A DNA stretch of 64,000 nt, taken from the NCBI GenBank assembly GCA_965214715.1, contig OZ243971.1, positions 2,256,326 to 2,320,325 of the forward strand, in the 5' to 3' direction. This DNA comes from Caldilineaceae bacterium (lineage in GTDB: Bacteria > Chloroflexota > Anaerolineae > Caldilineales > Caldilineaceae). Position 1 is the stretch's first letter. Every line of letters begins with the position of its first letter. The position numbers and the translations under genes are program-made. Positions 10,650-20,160 of this stretch are shown one piece after another. The notes beneath the pieces were generated by a model that saw only the letters and a list, made by a program, of their open reading frames with translations, did no database searches and had not been told where the DNA came from.

Positions 10650-11042
10650 GTGCCGCTTTTGAACCGCCTGACTGACACCTTGGGTATCGTGATGTTCCTG
10701 GTCGGCTTGGGCATCTGTCTGTATCTGTTGCAGCAAGTGTCCCCCTTCCTGGAAAACGGACAGGACAATGTCGAAGCCATCACCCTGATGTTTCTGGGGC
10801 TGTTTCTGCTGGCCGGCGGCGGGTTCACCGTGGTCTCGCGCCAGCTGCAGAGCCGATGGCCGGTCCTGATGGGACGGACGCGGGAAAACACGGGGCTGCG
10901 TCAGGGCGTCTTGGCCGGCGTCGCGGCCTGCGTGCTGGCTTTGCTGGCCATTTACGACCTGCTGGATGCCGCCATGGCGCTGACCGTGGTCTTCCTGGCA
11001 CTTCTGGTGGAAACCTTCTTGCGCAACCGGCGACCCGTGTAA
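10650..11042 (+). CDS. small integral membrane protein (about 4 TM)
   Basis: Four clear hydrophobic helices. GTG start with poorly spaced SD. No family recognised. Confidence 0.45.
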   Translation: MPLLNRLTDTLGIVMFLVGLGICLYLLQQVSPFLENGQDNVEAITLMFLGLFLLAGGGFTVVSRQLQSRWPVLMGRTRENTGLRQGVLAGVAACVLALLAIYDLLDAAMALTVVFLALLVETFLRNRRPV

Positions 11043-11153
11043 CAGCAGTGCCAGCCGCTGTCGGCCAACCAATCGCGGCACGGATGGCAACTTCCCCCCT
11101 TCCATGCGCAGTACGGTTTCTCCCGACCAGTCCCGTTGCCACTCCGGAGCGCC

Positions 11154-12173
11154 ATGACTCTCTCGGGTCCAAACTGCCTGCAACCCGAAACCGCGCTGCA
11201 GTGTCTGGGACTGGCGGCGACAGCCTACCAAGTGGTACAGGCCGAGGTATTCCAGCATCGCTGGCACCCACCTACCGACGTGGCCCTGCCGCTCTTCATC
11301 GGGAACGTCACGGCAGCGCATCTGCAGGGGCTTGTCTCCTGTCTGGCACAGGCCTATCCGTCTGACCACGCAGTGCATTGGATAGCGTCTGACGACGGGC
11401 GGCCGGGCCAGAGGCTGGGGTTGTCGATTTTGACCACCGCTGGCATACCGGCAGGCAGCGACAGCCTGCTGGTACCGCCGCTGGCGGAAGAGGCCAGCAT
11501 TTACACACTGGCCAATATACTGGCCCGGCTGCGCGCTCCGGGAGGTTGTCCCTGGGATCAGGAGCAGACTCTGGCTTCGATGCGGATACAGATTCTCAGT
11601 GAGGTCCATGAGGTACTGGAAGCCATCGATCTGCAGGATGATGAAAATCTGCAAGAGGAGCTGGGCGATCTCATCATGGATGCCCTTTTCCTGATTCATA
11701 TTGCCCAGACAGAGAACAAATTTCAGTTGGCGGATGTCGTAACCGGGATCTGCCAAAAGATGGTACGGCGGCATCCTCATGTATACGGCGGGATCAGTCT
11801 GCCCAACAGCGACACCGTGCTGTCACACTGGGACGAGATCAAGAAGGCCGAAAAGGCCGCCCAGGAGCGACCATCGCATCCTTTGGAAGGCATTCCTGCC
11901 GGGTTGCCGGCCCTGGAAACGGCCCGGGAACTGCAATCCAAGGCCCACAAGCACGGCATTGCCTTGCCCGCATGGACCACAGCCGCGGATCCCCCGCCGC
12001 CTCACCCCTGGACCGAGGAAAGGCTGGGCCGGGCCCTGTGGCATCTGGTACAGGCGGCGACCGCCGCCGGCATCAATGCCGAGACCGCCCTGCGGCGGCA
12101 GAATTCGCTCATTCGGCACCATGGCCAGCCACTGCCGGATGCGCACGAATCCCCGTCCCACGCTGTCTCCTGA
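11154..12173 (+). CDS. mazG: MazG-family nucleoside triphosphate pyrophosphohydrolase (YabN-like, partial methylase-like N-terminal region)
   Basis: LRAPGGCPWDQEQTLASMRIQILSEVHEVLEAID...EELGDLIMDALF...VRRHPHVYG is the MazG core. First ATG at 11154. Confidence 0.85.
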   Translation: MTLSGPNCLQPETALQCLGLAATAYQVVQAEVFQHRWHPPTDVALPLFIGNVTAAHLQGLVSCLAQAYPSDHAVHWIASDDGRPGQRLGLSILTTAGIPAGSDSLLVPPLAEEASIYTLANILARLRAPGGCPWDQEQTLASMRIQILSEVHEVLEAIDLQDDENLQEELGDLIMDALFLIHIAQTENKFQLADVVTGICQKMVRRHPHVYGGISLPNSDTVLSHWDEIKKAEKAAQERPSHPLEGIPAGLPALETARELQSKAHKHGIALPAWTTAADPPPPHPWTEERLGRALWHLVQAATAAGINAETALRRQNSLIRHHGQPLPDAHESPSHAVS

Positions 12174-12237
12174 CCCCTGGGCCCTGCAGCATGGGAAGGC
12201 AGGGGCGGTTTCCGTCTGGTAAGATTCGGGGCCAGAG

Positions 12238-12311
12238 GCGCCTGTAGCTCAGCGGATTAGAGCACTGGTCTTCGGAACCAGGTGTCGGGGGTTCGAATCC
12301 CTCCAGGCGTA
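12238..12311 (+). tRNA. tRNA-Arg (anticodon TCG), no encoded CCA
   Basis: Cloverleaf folded by hand: acceptor GCGCCTG/CAGGCGT, D stem GCTC/GAGC, anticodon stem CTGGT/ACCAG with loop CTTCGGA, T arm GGGGG-TTCGAAT-CCCTC. Position 1:72 is G:T. Confidence 0.85.
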
Positions 12312-12452
12312 CTGCTTGCGGCGTTCCGCATACGCACGTCTTGCGTGAATCCGGGCTGCAGAATGTCAGGGCACGGGCCAGTCGGGTTGCTGACAGAAAC
12401 AGCCAGCGCGGAGCCCACTCGTTCTTCCACGTCGTCAGAAAGGCAGGATTGC

Positions 12453-13625
12453 ATGGGCGCCGAATTGAAAATCACGGCCGTGGAACCGATCCACGCCGAC
12501 GCCGCCTGGGCGGCCTATACTTTCGTCAAGGTGGAAACAGACGGAGGTGTGACCGGTTATGCCGAAGTGACGGATTGGCGCATGCCACAGGCAGTCGCCG
12601 GCGGTGTACGGGACCTGGCCACGATTCTGAGGAGCCAGAATGCCCTGGATATTCAGGCGCGGTGTCAGGACATGTACCGCCTGACCTGCCAGGGGCCTGG
12701 CGGCGTCATACAGAGGTCCATTGCCGGGGTGGAATGTGCGCTGTGGGACATCAAGGGCAAAGCACTGGGACAACCGGTGCATGCCCTGTTGGGTGGCAAG
12801 TTGCGGGACGAGATTCGGGTGTACTGGTCCCACTGCGGCACGTACAGAGCCCGGTTTCCCGAGCTGTACGGCCAGCCGTTGCGGTCCTATGCCGACATTG
12901 CGGCATTGGGCCGCGAGGTCAAGGAGCGCGGGTACACGGCACTCAAGACCAATGTAGTCGTCCCCGGCGAACCGGCCCGGACCTTGAGTGCGGCCGATGG
13001 GCAGGACCCGGACTACATCGTGGACAAGGCGGTGGCCGTCATTGGGGCCTTCAAGGAGGGCACAGGCCCGGATTTCGATATCGCGCTGGATCTGAACTTT
13101 CACTTTCAGACCCTTGAGGTGGTGCGGATCGCCAAGGCGCTGGAGCAGTTCAAGATGCTGTGGCTGGAGGTGGATTCATTCGATCCCGAGGTCATCCGGC
13201 ATATTACGGATTCCACTTCGCTGACAGTCTGCTCGGCGGAAAGCGTCAATACGGTGCGAGAGTACCAGCGCTTCCTGGACTTGCGGGCCATGGACATCGC
13301 CATGTTCGACCTGCCCTGGACCGGGTTGGGACAGAGCCTGCAGATTGCCCAGCAGGCGGCCTGGCGGGAAATCCAGGTGGCTCCGCACAATTACTACAGT
13401 CACCTGTCCACGTTCCAGAACGCCCATCTCTGTGCCGTGCTGCCCAATCTCAAGATCATGGAAACCGATGTGGACTCCTGTCCCTGGCGCGACGAATATG
13501 TCACGGCCTTGCCGGAGATCCGCAACGGCTATCTGCAAGTGCCTGCGGCACCGGGCTGGGGGGTGGAACTGAACGAAGAGGCCATAGCCCGACGCCCCTG
13601 GCAGGGCAACATACCGTTCGGATAG
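12453..13625 (+). CDS. enolase-superfamily enzyme (mandelate racemase/muconate lactonizing family, sugar-acid dehydratase-like)
   Basis: IKGKALGQPVHALLGGK, DIALDLNFHF, WLEVDSF, ICSAESV and VAPHNY motifs. Start moved to ATG 12453 (RBS AAAGGCAGGA), because the ORF-track start overlaps the tRNA. Confidence 0.9.
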   Translation: MGAELKITAVEPIHADAAWAAYTFVKVETDGGVTGYAEVTDWRMPQAVAGGVRDLATILRSQNALDIQARCQDMYRLTCQGPGGVIQRSIAGVECALWDIKGKALGQPVHALLGGKLRDEIRVYWSHCGTYRARFPELYGQPLRSYADIAALGREVKERGYTALKTNVVVPGEPARTLSAADGQDPDYIVDKAVAVIGAFKEGTGPDFDIALDLNFHFQTLEVVRIAKALEQFKMLWLEVDSFDPEVIRHITDSTSLTVCSAESVNTVREYQRFLDLRAMDIAMFDLPWTGLGQSLQIAQQAAWREIQVAPHNYYSHLSTFQNAHLCAVLPNLKIMETDVDSCPWRDEYVTALPEIRNGYLQVPAAPGWGVELNEEAIARRPWQGNIPFG

Positions 13626-13699
13626 GCAGGCCTTGGGCCAGTAACGTTGCTGCCGACCCCCACCGGGCATACAGGCGAGAGACGCAATTCGAAAATCCC

Positions 13700-14287
13700 A
13701 TGCCTTTGCTGATTCTGCTCAACGGGCCACCGTGCGCGGGCAAGACTCATCTGCGGGACTACATTGTCCAGACCTTCCGTGTGCCGGCCATGTCCAAGGA
13801 CATGCTGAAAGAGAGTCTGTATGCAACCATGGGCTGGTCCGATCGAGCCTGGTCCCGCAAGCTGGGTCGGGCCGCCGTGGCGCTGCTGTATGAATACGCG
13901 GCCAGTCTGTTATCTCAGGATCTGCCCTGTCTGCTGGAAAACAACTTCAGAGCCGACAGGGCCTTGCAGGACCTGAAGACCCTGGAGGCCAGATTGCAAT
14001 TCCAGACAGGGCAGATTTTCGTGTGGGCCCAGCCGGAAGTATTGCACATGCGCTTCCAAGACAGGGCCCGGATGGCCAGTCGGCATCCGGGCCATCTGGA
14101 CCCGGTTTTGCAGCACGAATACAGGGCCGACGCCATACCGCAGTCACAACTGCGACCGATCGAGACCGGAGGACCTGTTCTCCGCCTGGAGACAACGTAC
14201 ATGGATGCCGCCTTGGCCGCGGACCAACAGGTCCGCGTGCGCACGTGGCTGTCGGGACTGGGACTGCCTCTCAAGCATGGCCCTTGA
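13700..14287 (+). CDS. P-loop kinase-like protein (AAA_33/CPT-like)
   Basis: MPLLILLNGPPCAGKTHL Walker A at the extreme N-terminus, about 195 aa. ATG 13700 lies inside a longer spurious frame. Confidence 0.7.
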   Translation: MPLLILLNGPPCAGKTHLRDYIVQTFRVPAMSKDMLKESLYATMGWSDRAWSRKLGRAAVALLYEYAASLLSQDLPCLLENNFRADRALQDLKTLEARLQFQTGQIFVWAQPEVLHMRFQDRARMASRHPGHLDPVLQHEYRADAIPQSQLRPIETGGPVLRLETTYMDAALAADQQVRVRTWLSGLGLPLKHGP

Positions 14288-14617
14288 CGGCTTGCCCGAT
14301 GCAGCGCGGCAAGGAGGCCTGCAGGCCGGACAAGCCTCAAACCCGGCATTCTCCCTTTACCCGCCAGGACGGCACAGCTGCAGACAGGGGATCGGACAGG
14401 ACCGCCTGGTCGATCTGCGAAGAGAGGTCTGTATGGACATTCTCTACGGAGGTCGGATACGCGGCAAGCCGCACGATCCCGTCATCCCCATGCAACACCC
14501 ACGGTATCCGGGAGTGGTTGGCATTGGGGGAGAGCGATCCCAGGCCCGCTGCGATTGTGAAACCATGGTGTTGCGCCGGGGGGTTAGGGCCAGACGGGAA
14601 GGGAGAGGCGTCTAACC

Positions 14618-15832
14618 GTGGCCGCCTGGCGTCGCAAGGTCTACATCGTCTGCCTGGCCCAGTGCCTGACCAACGTGGGATTTACGGTCGTGTTGCCATT
14701 CCTACCGTTGTTTGTGCAGAACTTGTCGGTGGGTACCGCGGGCAGTCCTACCATGTGGATCGGATTCACGTTGGCCGCCCAGCCCCTCACGATGGCCGTC
14801 GCGTCGCCGCTCTGGGGACTGGCAGCCGACCGCTTCGGCCACAAACTGATGCTGCTACGCGCCACGCTGCTGGGCGGGCTCGTCATGTTTTCCATGTCCT
14901 TCGTGCAAACCGCTGAACAATTGTTTGCGCTAAGGCTCATTCAGGGATTTACCACAGGCGTAGCATCCGCTGCCAGCGCCTATGTATCCGCCAATGTCCC
15001 GCGTCAACATGTGGGAGAAGCCCTGGGCTGGATCGCCACTGCGCGCTGGATCGGCATCGCGGGCGGCCCCTTGCTCGGGGGCACACTCAGCGACCTTGTG
15101 GGCATAAGAACCAGTTTCTGGTTCAATGGTGCTTTCATGCTGGGAGCAGGCCTCTTGATTCTGTGCCGGCTTCCGGAGCAATGGGATTCCCGCCTGACGC
15201 CAGATCGCCCGGCGCTCCTGCAGAGTTTCAGATCGCTGCTTCATCGTGCCCGGGTACGGTACCTGTATCTCTTTGCCTTTCTCGTGCATATCCCCATGTC
15301 GTTCACATTGCCGGTGGCTGCACTGTACATGAGTGAATTGTCCGCCGTGTCCGGACGCCCGTTCTTGCCGCCGGCGACCGCAACCGGTCTCATGTTCGGT
15401 CTGTTTGCCGCCGCCGGCGCCGTTTCTTCTGTCAAAGCCGGTAAACTGTGTGACCGCTTTGGCGCCAGCGCAATTCTGATCCTGAGCGCTGGCGCTTCCT
15501 GCCTGGTGTTCCTGCCGCAGGCATTCGCAGGGCATGTCTGGCAGTTGCTGGTGCTGCAAGCCGTGGCCGGCATCACAATCGGCGGAGTCTTTCCGGCAAT
15601 GGCTGCGCTCCTGAGCAATGTATCCGCAGGCAGCCACCCAGGCGCCATATTTGGAATGGAGAACAGTGTCCGTTCTGTGGCGCGTGTCATTGCGCCTGTG
15701 GTGGGATCGGCTCTGGCGCTTGCATTCGGGCTCAGATCTGCCTATCTGGCCGCAGCCATGGCCTTTGCCTGTCTGACGCTGCTCGCCTGGTGGATTCTCG
15801 GCCTCAGGGAGAAACGACCGGTGCAAGTCTGA
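14618..15832 (+). CDS. MFS transporter
   Basis: 404 aa, 12 predicted helices, GLAADRFGHKLML loop 2-3 motif. Confidence 0.9.
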   Translation: MAAWRRKVYIVCLAQCLTNVGFTVVLPFLPLFVQNLSVGTAGSPTMWIGFTLAAQPLTMAVASPLWGLAADRFGHKLMLLRATLLGGLVMFSMSFVQTAEQLFALRLIQGFTTGVASAASAYVSANVPRQHVGEALGWIATARWIGIAGGPLLGGTLSDLVGIRTSFWFNGAFMLGAGLLILCRLPEQWDSRLTPDRPALLQSFRSLLHRARVRYLYLFAFLVHIPMSFTLPVAALYMSELSAVSGRPFLPPATATGLMFGLFAAAGAVSSVKAGKLCDRFGASAILILSAGASCLVFLPQAFAGHVWQLLVLQAVAGITIGGVFPAMAALLSNVSAGSHPGAIFGMENSVRSVARVIAPVVGSALALAFGLRSAYLAAAMAFACLTLLAWWILGLREKRPVQV

Positions 15833-16355
15833 CCGGGAGGCCTTGTTGCCCTTCGGCTGGTCCGCGCGGATGGCGGATACGTGGCCCAACAGCCAGGATC
15901 CTGCCCGCCGCATTGGCGAACGGCTCGCAACAGGGCGGGAAATCCGTTGGCCCCCCTGCGTTGTCTGCCGCATCCCCAGCGGGATCTGGGTTCAGAACTC
16001 GACAATTCCGGTTGCACCACCTGTCCCGCTTCCCAAGGCCTGGATGAATGCGCGGGACACGAGCGCCAGGTCATCCAGGCGGGGGGACGGATCGCGCCTG
16101 CGACGCAAGATGCCAGAAGATGCAAGAGGGCACGCCGCGATTTCGGTCCGTCCCATATACGATACTATAGACACTGCACAATATGGCAGAATGCACCAGC
16201 GGGCAGTTGAAGCAATGCCGCCGCATTGCCACGGCGGCAACCAACCGGCCATGTGTGGTCTGAGCTGCAAACCCGTTGCTGTATGTCCTGTGTGGATACA
16301 AGACCACTGAATCTGCGCCATTTTGTCCATATCCCAAGAGAGGTTTTGCAGAGAG

Positions 16356-17294
16356 ATGGCTCCTCAGTTTCCTGGCCCGCGCCAAGTACGGGTGACCAGT
16401 CTCAGCTTCCATGACCAACCTTTGGCGCGCATTGCCAGCTTGGTGGAGGCAGAAGGTGCACAGGGCACCGATCTCATTGTGCTGCCCGAAACCTTCAATG
16501 GGCAAAGCAAGAACACGCCCGAAACCTTGGACGGCATGGCGGTTTCGACCATGGCCACCTTGGCCCGGCGCTTCCAGATGTACATTGTCTGTCCTATCGA
16601 TCGGGTTCAGGACGGCTTTCGGCTGAATTCAGCGGTCTTGCTGGATCGCGACGGCCAGATTGCCCATGTATATGACAAGGCATACCCCTATTGGTCTGAA
16701 TTCAAACTCGCGCCCCCGGTTGATGTCATCCATTCGACACCCTCTGTCGTCGCCACGGACTTTGGCCGCGTAGGCATGGCCATTTGTTTCGACGTCAATT
16801 TTCCCGAGGTGTGGCAGGCGTTGGCAGACGAGGACGCGGAACTGGTGATTTGGCCCAGTGCCTATTCCGCAGGCCGGGCGCTGCAAGCGCATGCCATCAA
16901 TCATCACTACTACATCATGACGTCCACATACAATCGAGATTGCATTGTCTACGATATCACCGGCGAAGAAATTCTGTACGAGACGGCGGCGGACATCAAT
17001 ATCACCCGCACTGTGCTCGACCTGGATCGCGGCATCTATCACGAAAATTTCAATCTGGACAAGAAGGCACAGTTGCTGGCGGCCCATCCCGAGACAGTCG
17101 AAATGGAGCAGTGGCTGGACCGTGAGCAATGGTTTGTCCTGCGCAGCAAGCGACCGGAGGTTTCGGTCCGGGCCTTGGCCCACCAGTACGGACTGGAAGA
17201 ATTGCGGATCTACAAGAGACGCAGTCTGGCACAGCTGGACGCCCGCAGAATCGAAGGCCCGGTTGCCTGGCCGACGCCGGCCGTAGCAGCCTGA
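16356..17294 (+). CDS. carbon-nitrogen hydrolase family protein
   Basis: LIVLPETF (catalytic Glu), YDKAYPY (Lys) and GMAICFDVNFPE (Cys) triad motifs. Confidence 0.85.
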   Translation: MAPQFPGPRQVRVTSLSFHDQPLARIASLVEAEGAQGTDLIVLPETFNGQSKNTPETLDGMAVSTMATLARRFQMYIVCPIDRVQDGFRLNSAVLLDRDGQIAHVYDKAYPYWSEFKLAPPVDVIHSTPSVVATDFGRVGMAICFDVNFPEVWQALADEDAELVIWPSAYSAGRALQAHAINHHYYIMTSTYNRDCIVYDITGEEILYETAADINITRTVLDLDRGIYHENFNLDKKAQLLAAHPETVEMEQWLDREQWFVLRSKRPEVSVRALAHQYGLEELRIYKRRSLAQLDARRIEGPVAWPTPAVAA

Positions 17295-17364
17295 TGGACC
17301 GCGCTGGAGCGTGTCGGACAGCACACGATCTTTTGTTCCGGATTGCCGAAGGATGGAAGCAATT

Positions 17365-18447
17365 ATGAAAGCAGCGTTGATTGGTTTGGAGCACCCTCAT
17401 GCCCTGGCGCATCTGGCTACTTTGCAACAGCTGTCCGAAGTGGACTCCATAGTCTTGTGGGGAGAAACCGAGGCCGCCATACGGAAAGCCACCGCCTGCC
17501 AGGGGTTCAAAGTGACAGCCGGATACTCCGATCTGGACGCTTTGCTGCGCGACCACGACCCGTTTTTCGCCATTGTTGCGGTCCGCAACCGCCAGGGACC
17601 GGAAGTATTCGGCAAGGTGCTGGCAGCCGGTATCCATCTGATGGCGGAGAAACCGGTGGGCCGCCACGCCGGCGAAACGCAGGCCGTCATGGACACGGCC
17701 CAGCGGTGTCGACGGCAGTTGTCCGTTTGCTACCAGGGACGGAGAAATCCCGTCTACATGAAGATGCGGGACATTGTGCAACAGGGCTTGTTGGGCCCCC
17801 TCATTTCCATGGAAATCCGCGGCATCTATACCCAGGTCAGCAAACGGGATCCGCAGCACTGGCTTTTCAACCAAGAGATAGCCGGAGGCGGCATTGTCTC
17901 TTGGTTGGGGTGCCATGACATTGACCGCATTCGTTTCATCACAGGCGAAGAGATAACCACGGTAGCCGCGCAAGTGGCCACCCGGAGTGGGGAAGACATT
18001 GACGTTGAAGATACCGCCAGTCTCTCCATGACATTGGCATCCGGCGCCATCGCCTCCATGCATCTGGGATATATTCTGGCCCAAAGCGGCGAGGGATATC
18101 ACAACCCCGCAGGCAACGACGTGTATCTGGGTCTCAACGGACGATTGGGCCGACTCCACCTGCGCGGGTTTGGCAACAGTCCTGCATCCAGATTGCAGGT
18201 GGAAAGCCTGCATCCGGATTGGGCTGCAGCTCCCCGGCAGACATTCGACATTGAGGTGGCGCAGTCCCCCGCATATGGGGGGATTGGGGGCGAACAGTTC
18301 ATGCGGGAGTTCATCCAGGCTGCCCAGGGCCATGGCAGTCCTCCCACAGTCGGCCAGGATGCTGTGCAAGTGGCACGGGTGACGGATGCAGCCTATGCCT
18401 CCAGCGCCACCGGGCAGCGTATCGCCGTTGAGCTGCCGCCTCCCTGA
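17365..18447 (+). CDS. Gfo/Idh/MocA-family oxidoreductase
   Basis: MKAALIGLEHPH N-terminal Rossmann start, HLMAEKP motif. RBS GAAGGATGGAAG. Confidence 0.9.
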   Translation: MKAALIGLEHPHALAHLATLQQLSEVDSIVLWGETEAAIRKATACQGFKVTAGYSDLDALLRDHDPFFAIVAVRNRQGPEVFGKVLAAGIHLMAEKPVGRHAGETQAVMDTAQRCRRQLSVCYQGRRNPVYMKMRDIVQQGLLGPLISMEIRGIYTQVSKRDPQHWLFNQEIAGGGIVSWLGCHDIDRIRFITGEEITTVAAQVATRSGEDIDVEDTASLSMTLASGAIASMHLGYILAQSGEGYHNPAGNDVYLGLNGRLGRLHLRGFGNSPASRLQVESLHPDWAAAPRQTFDIEVAQSPAYGGIGGEQFMREFIQAAQGHGSPPTVGQDAVQVARVTDAAYASSATGQRIAVELPPP

Positions 18448-18856
18448 TCCACCCTGCACCCACGCAGCAATCACTACAGCGTTGCGGATCCGCAGGCCCG
18501 TCGTTTCCGGCCTTCTGGACCGGTCGCAGTGCGCACCCCGCGAGGACCTGCAGCACCGGGAAATCGGCTCACGCGCGGGCCGGTCGACATCTTCGTGACT
18601 TGCCCGCCCCGCAGGGCGGACCGGCGATGCCCTGCCGCCTCGGTCAGAGGCGCACAGAGTAGAGTCCACAGGGGCCTGGAATCTGGCAGGCACGCCCTGC
18701 CTCCTGCCGCAATCCGCGACGCCAAGCCGGTTGTTGCAAGGGGCCAGTTGCGTCTCCATCCTTGGGATGGCTGACAGAGACCGTCCCTTGATATCGTGAC
18801 CAGCGCCACCGGCCGACATGCCGTTTGGGAGCCTCGGGGGTTGGAGGAGGCCCAAA

Positions 18857-19840
18857 CTATGCATAGCGGCCCGTCACGAAAGCCACTCCTGCACCGGCCC
18901 GCACGGCAGGTGTATTGCGGAGCAATACCAGAATGCCGTCCCGATTGCTCTGCACAGTGCAGAGTTCCTGGCCCCATACATCCCGGATGACACCGATACG
19001 CTGTCCTTTTCCGATCTCTTCCAGCAGGGTCACCTCGCTTTCGAACAAGCCGGCACAGGGAGCGGATATGAGAAAGTCCAGGTTACCGTCGCCCCATAGA
19101 TGCAGTGCGGTCTCTGGGAATTCTTCTGCTCCAGAGCGCATTTCCAGCCAGGACATTACATTGGTCACCCCTTGGGCATAGCATTCAATGGCTGCAGGAC
19201 CTGCGCGCCCGCCTCCCGCAGTCTCTGTATACAAACTGGGAATTCCCGCTGCATGTGCTACGGAAATGGTGCGGCCGGGCGGTACTGGAGGGGGATGGCC
19301 CCAAATTACGGGCGCGCCAAAAGCCTTTGCGGCAGCCAGACTTTTCCGCCCGCCCGGCGACTCATCGTGCACATATCCCACCAATGTCGGCATGTCCATG
19401 TCCGGGCCGCCACTGTGCAGATCGATGTAAAAATCCGACTGCAGGATGAGTTGTCGACAGAGTACGTCGGCAATGCGTTGGGTCAGGGTGCCGTCGGGAT
19501 TTCCAGGACATTCACGCGCCAGGTTCAGACCGTCCACCGGACTGGTGCGGGAGTTGGCCTTGAAGGCGGGCATATGGGTTACGGGTACCATCACCACGGT
19601 ACCCTGCAGATGCCGAGGATCCAACCCCTGAAAGATTCGGAGGATGACCCTGACGCCTTCCCATTCATTGCCGTGAACCGCGGCGGTCACCACCAGGACG
19701 GGACTGCGCACACTGCCCGTGGCATGCAAGAGAGGTATCTGCCCGGCACCGCCGCCTGGACGCTCTGCTGGGGCCAGCACAGCACGTCCTTTGGAGCAGA
19801 GTGCCAGGTCGGCCAGGTCGAAGCGGGAAGTCGGGTCCAT
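18857..19840 (-). CDS. succinylglutamate desuccinylase/aspartoacylase (AstE/AspA, M14-like) family zinc hydrolase
   Basis: VVTAAVHGNEWEG zinc motif, NLARECPGNPDGTLTQRIA, DFYIDLHSGG. RBS AGGAGG. Co-oriented downstream of the 20161..21741 gene. Confidence 0.85.
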   Translation of the reverse strand: MDPTSRFDLADLALCSKGRAVLAPAERPGGGAGQIPLLHATGSVRSPVLVVTAAVHGNEWEGVRVILRIFQGLDPRHLQGTVVMVPVTHMPAFKANSRTSPVDGLNLARECPGNPDGTLTQRIADVLCRQLILQSDFYIDLHSGGPDMDMPTLVGYVHDESPGGRKSLAAAKAFGAPVIWGHPPPVPPGRTISVAHAAGIPSLYTETAGGGRAGPAAIECYAQGVTNVMSWLEMRSGAEEFPETALHLWGDGNLDFLISAPCAGLFESEVTLLEEIGKGQRIGVIRDVWGQELCTVQSNRDGILVLLRNTPAVRAGAGVAFVTGRYA

Positions 19841-20160
19841 CGCGTAGCCTCCTGTGGTGTCCAGACCGGGGCGTCAATGCCGACTGGCTCCGCTGCGTGT
19901 TGCCGGTGGGCAGTGAGCGTGCGTTACCGGGACAGAGCGGCCTGCCCTGGCGGACCCAGCCCCGCGGCTGTGCTCGGTGTGGGGCGTCACCCCAAGCAAC
20001 GCTGGCCGGACTGCAGAAACTCCCGGGTCTCTTCTGTCCAGGCGGTGGAAAGGCCTGCCAGGAGCTGGCTCCACAGCCCATGGCCGTCACAGGGCGCTCC
20101 GCTCTTTGGCCGCTGCACTCCCGGCGCCCTACCGCTTGCGCCAGGATGGCAGCGGCACCG

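Noticed and set aside
12282-12452. The ORF-track start of the enolase-superfamily gene at 12282.
   Set aside because: It would overlap the tRNA-Arg gene. The ATG at 12453 has a good RBS and matches the usual N-terminus of the family.
15843-16355. Intergenic region of about 500 bp before the C-N hydrolase gene, inspected for a riboswitch or regulator gene.
   Set aside because: Only overlapping shadow ORFs. No conserved riboswitch core that I can recognise, and no convincing hairpin terminator.
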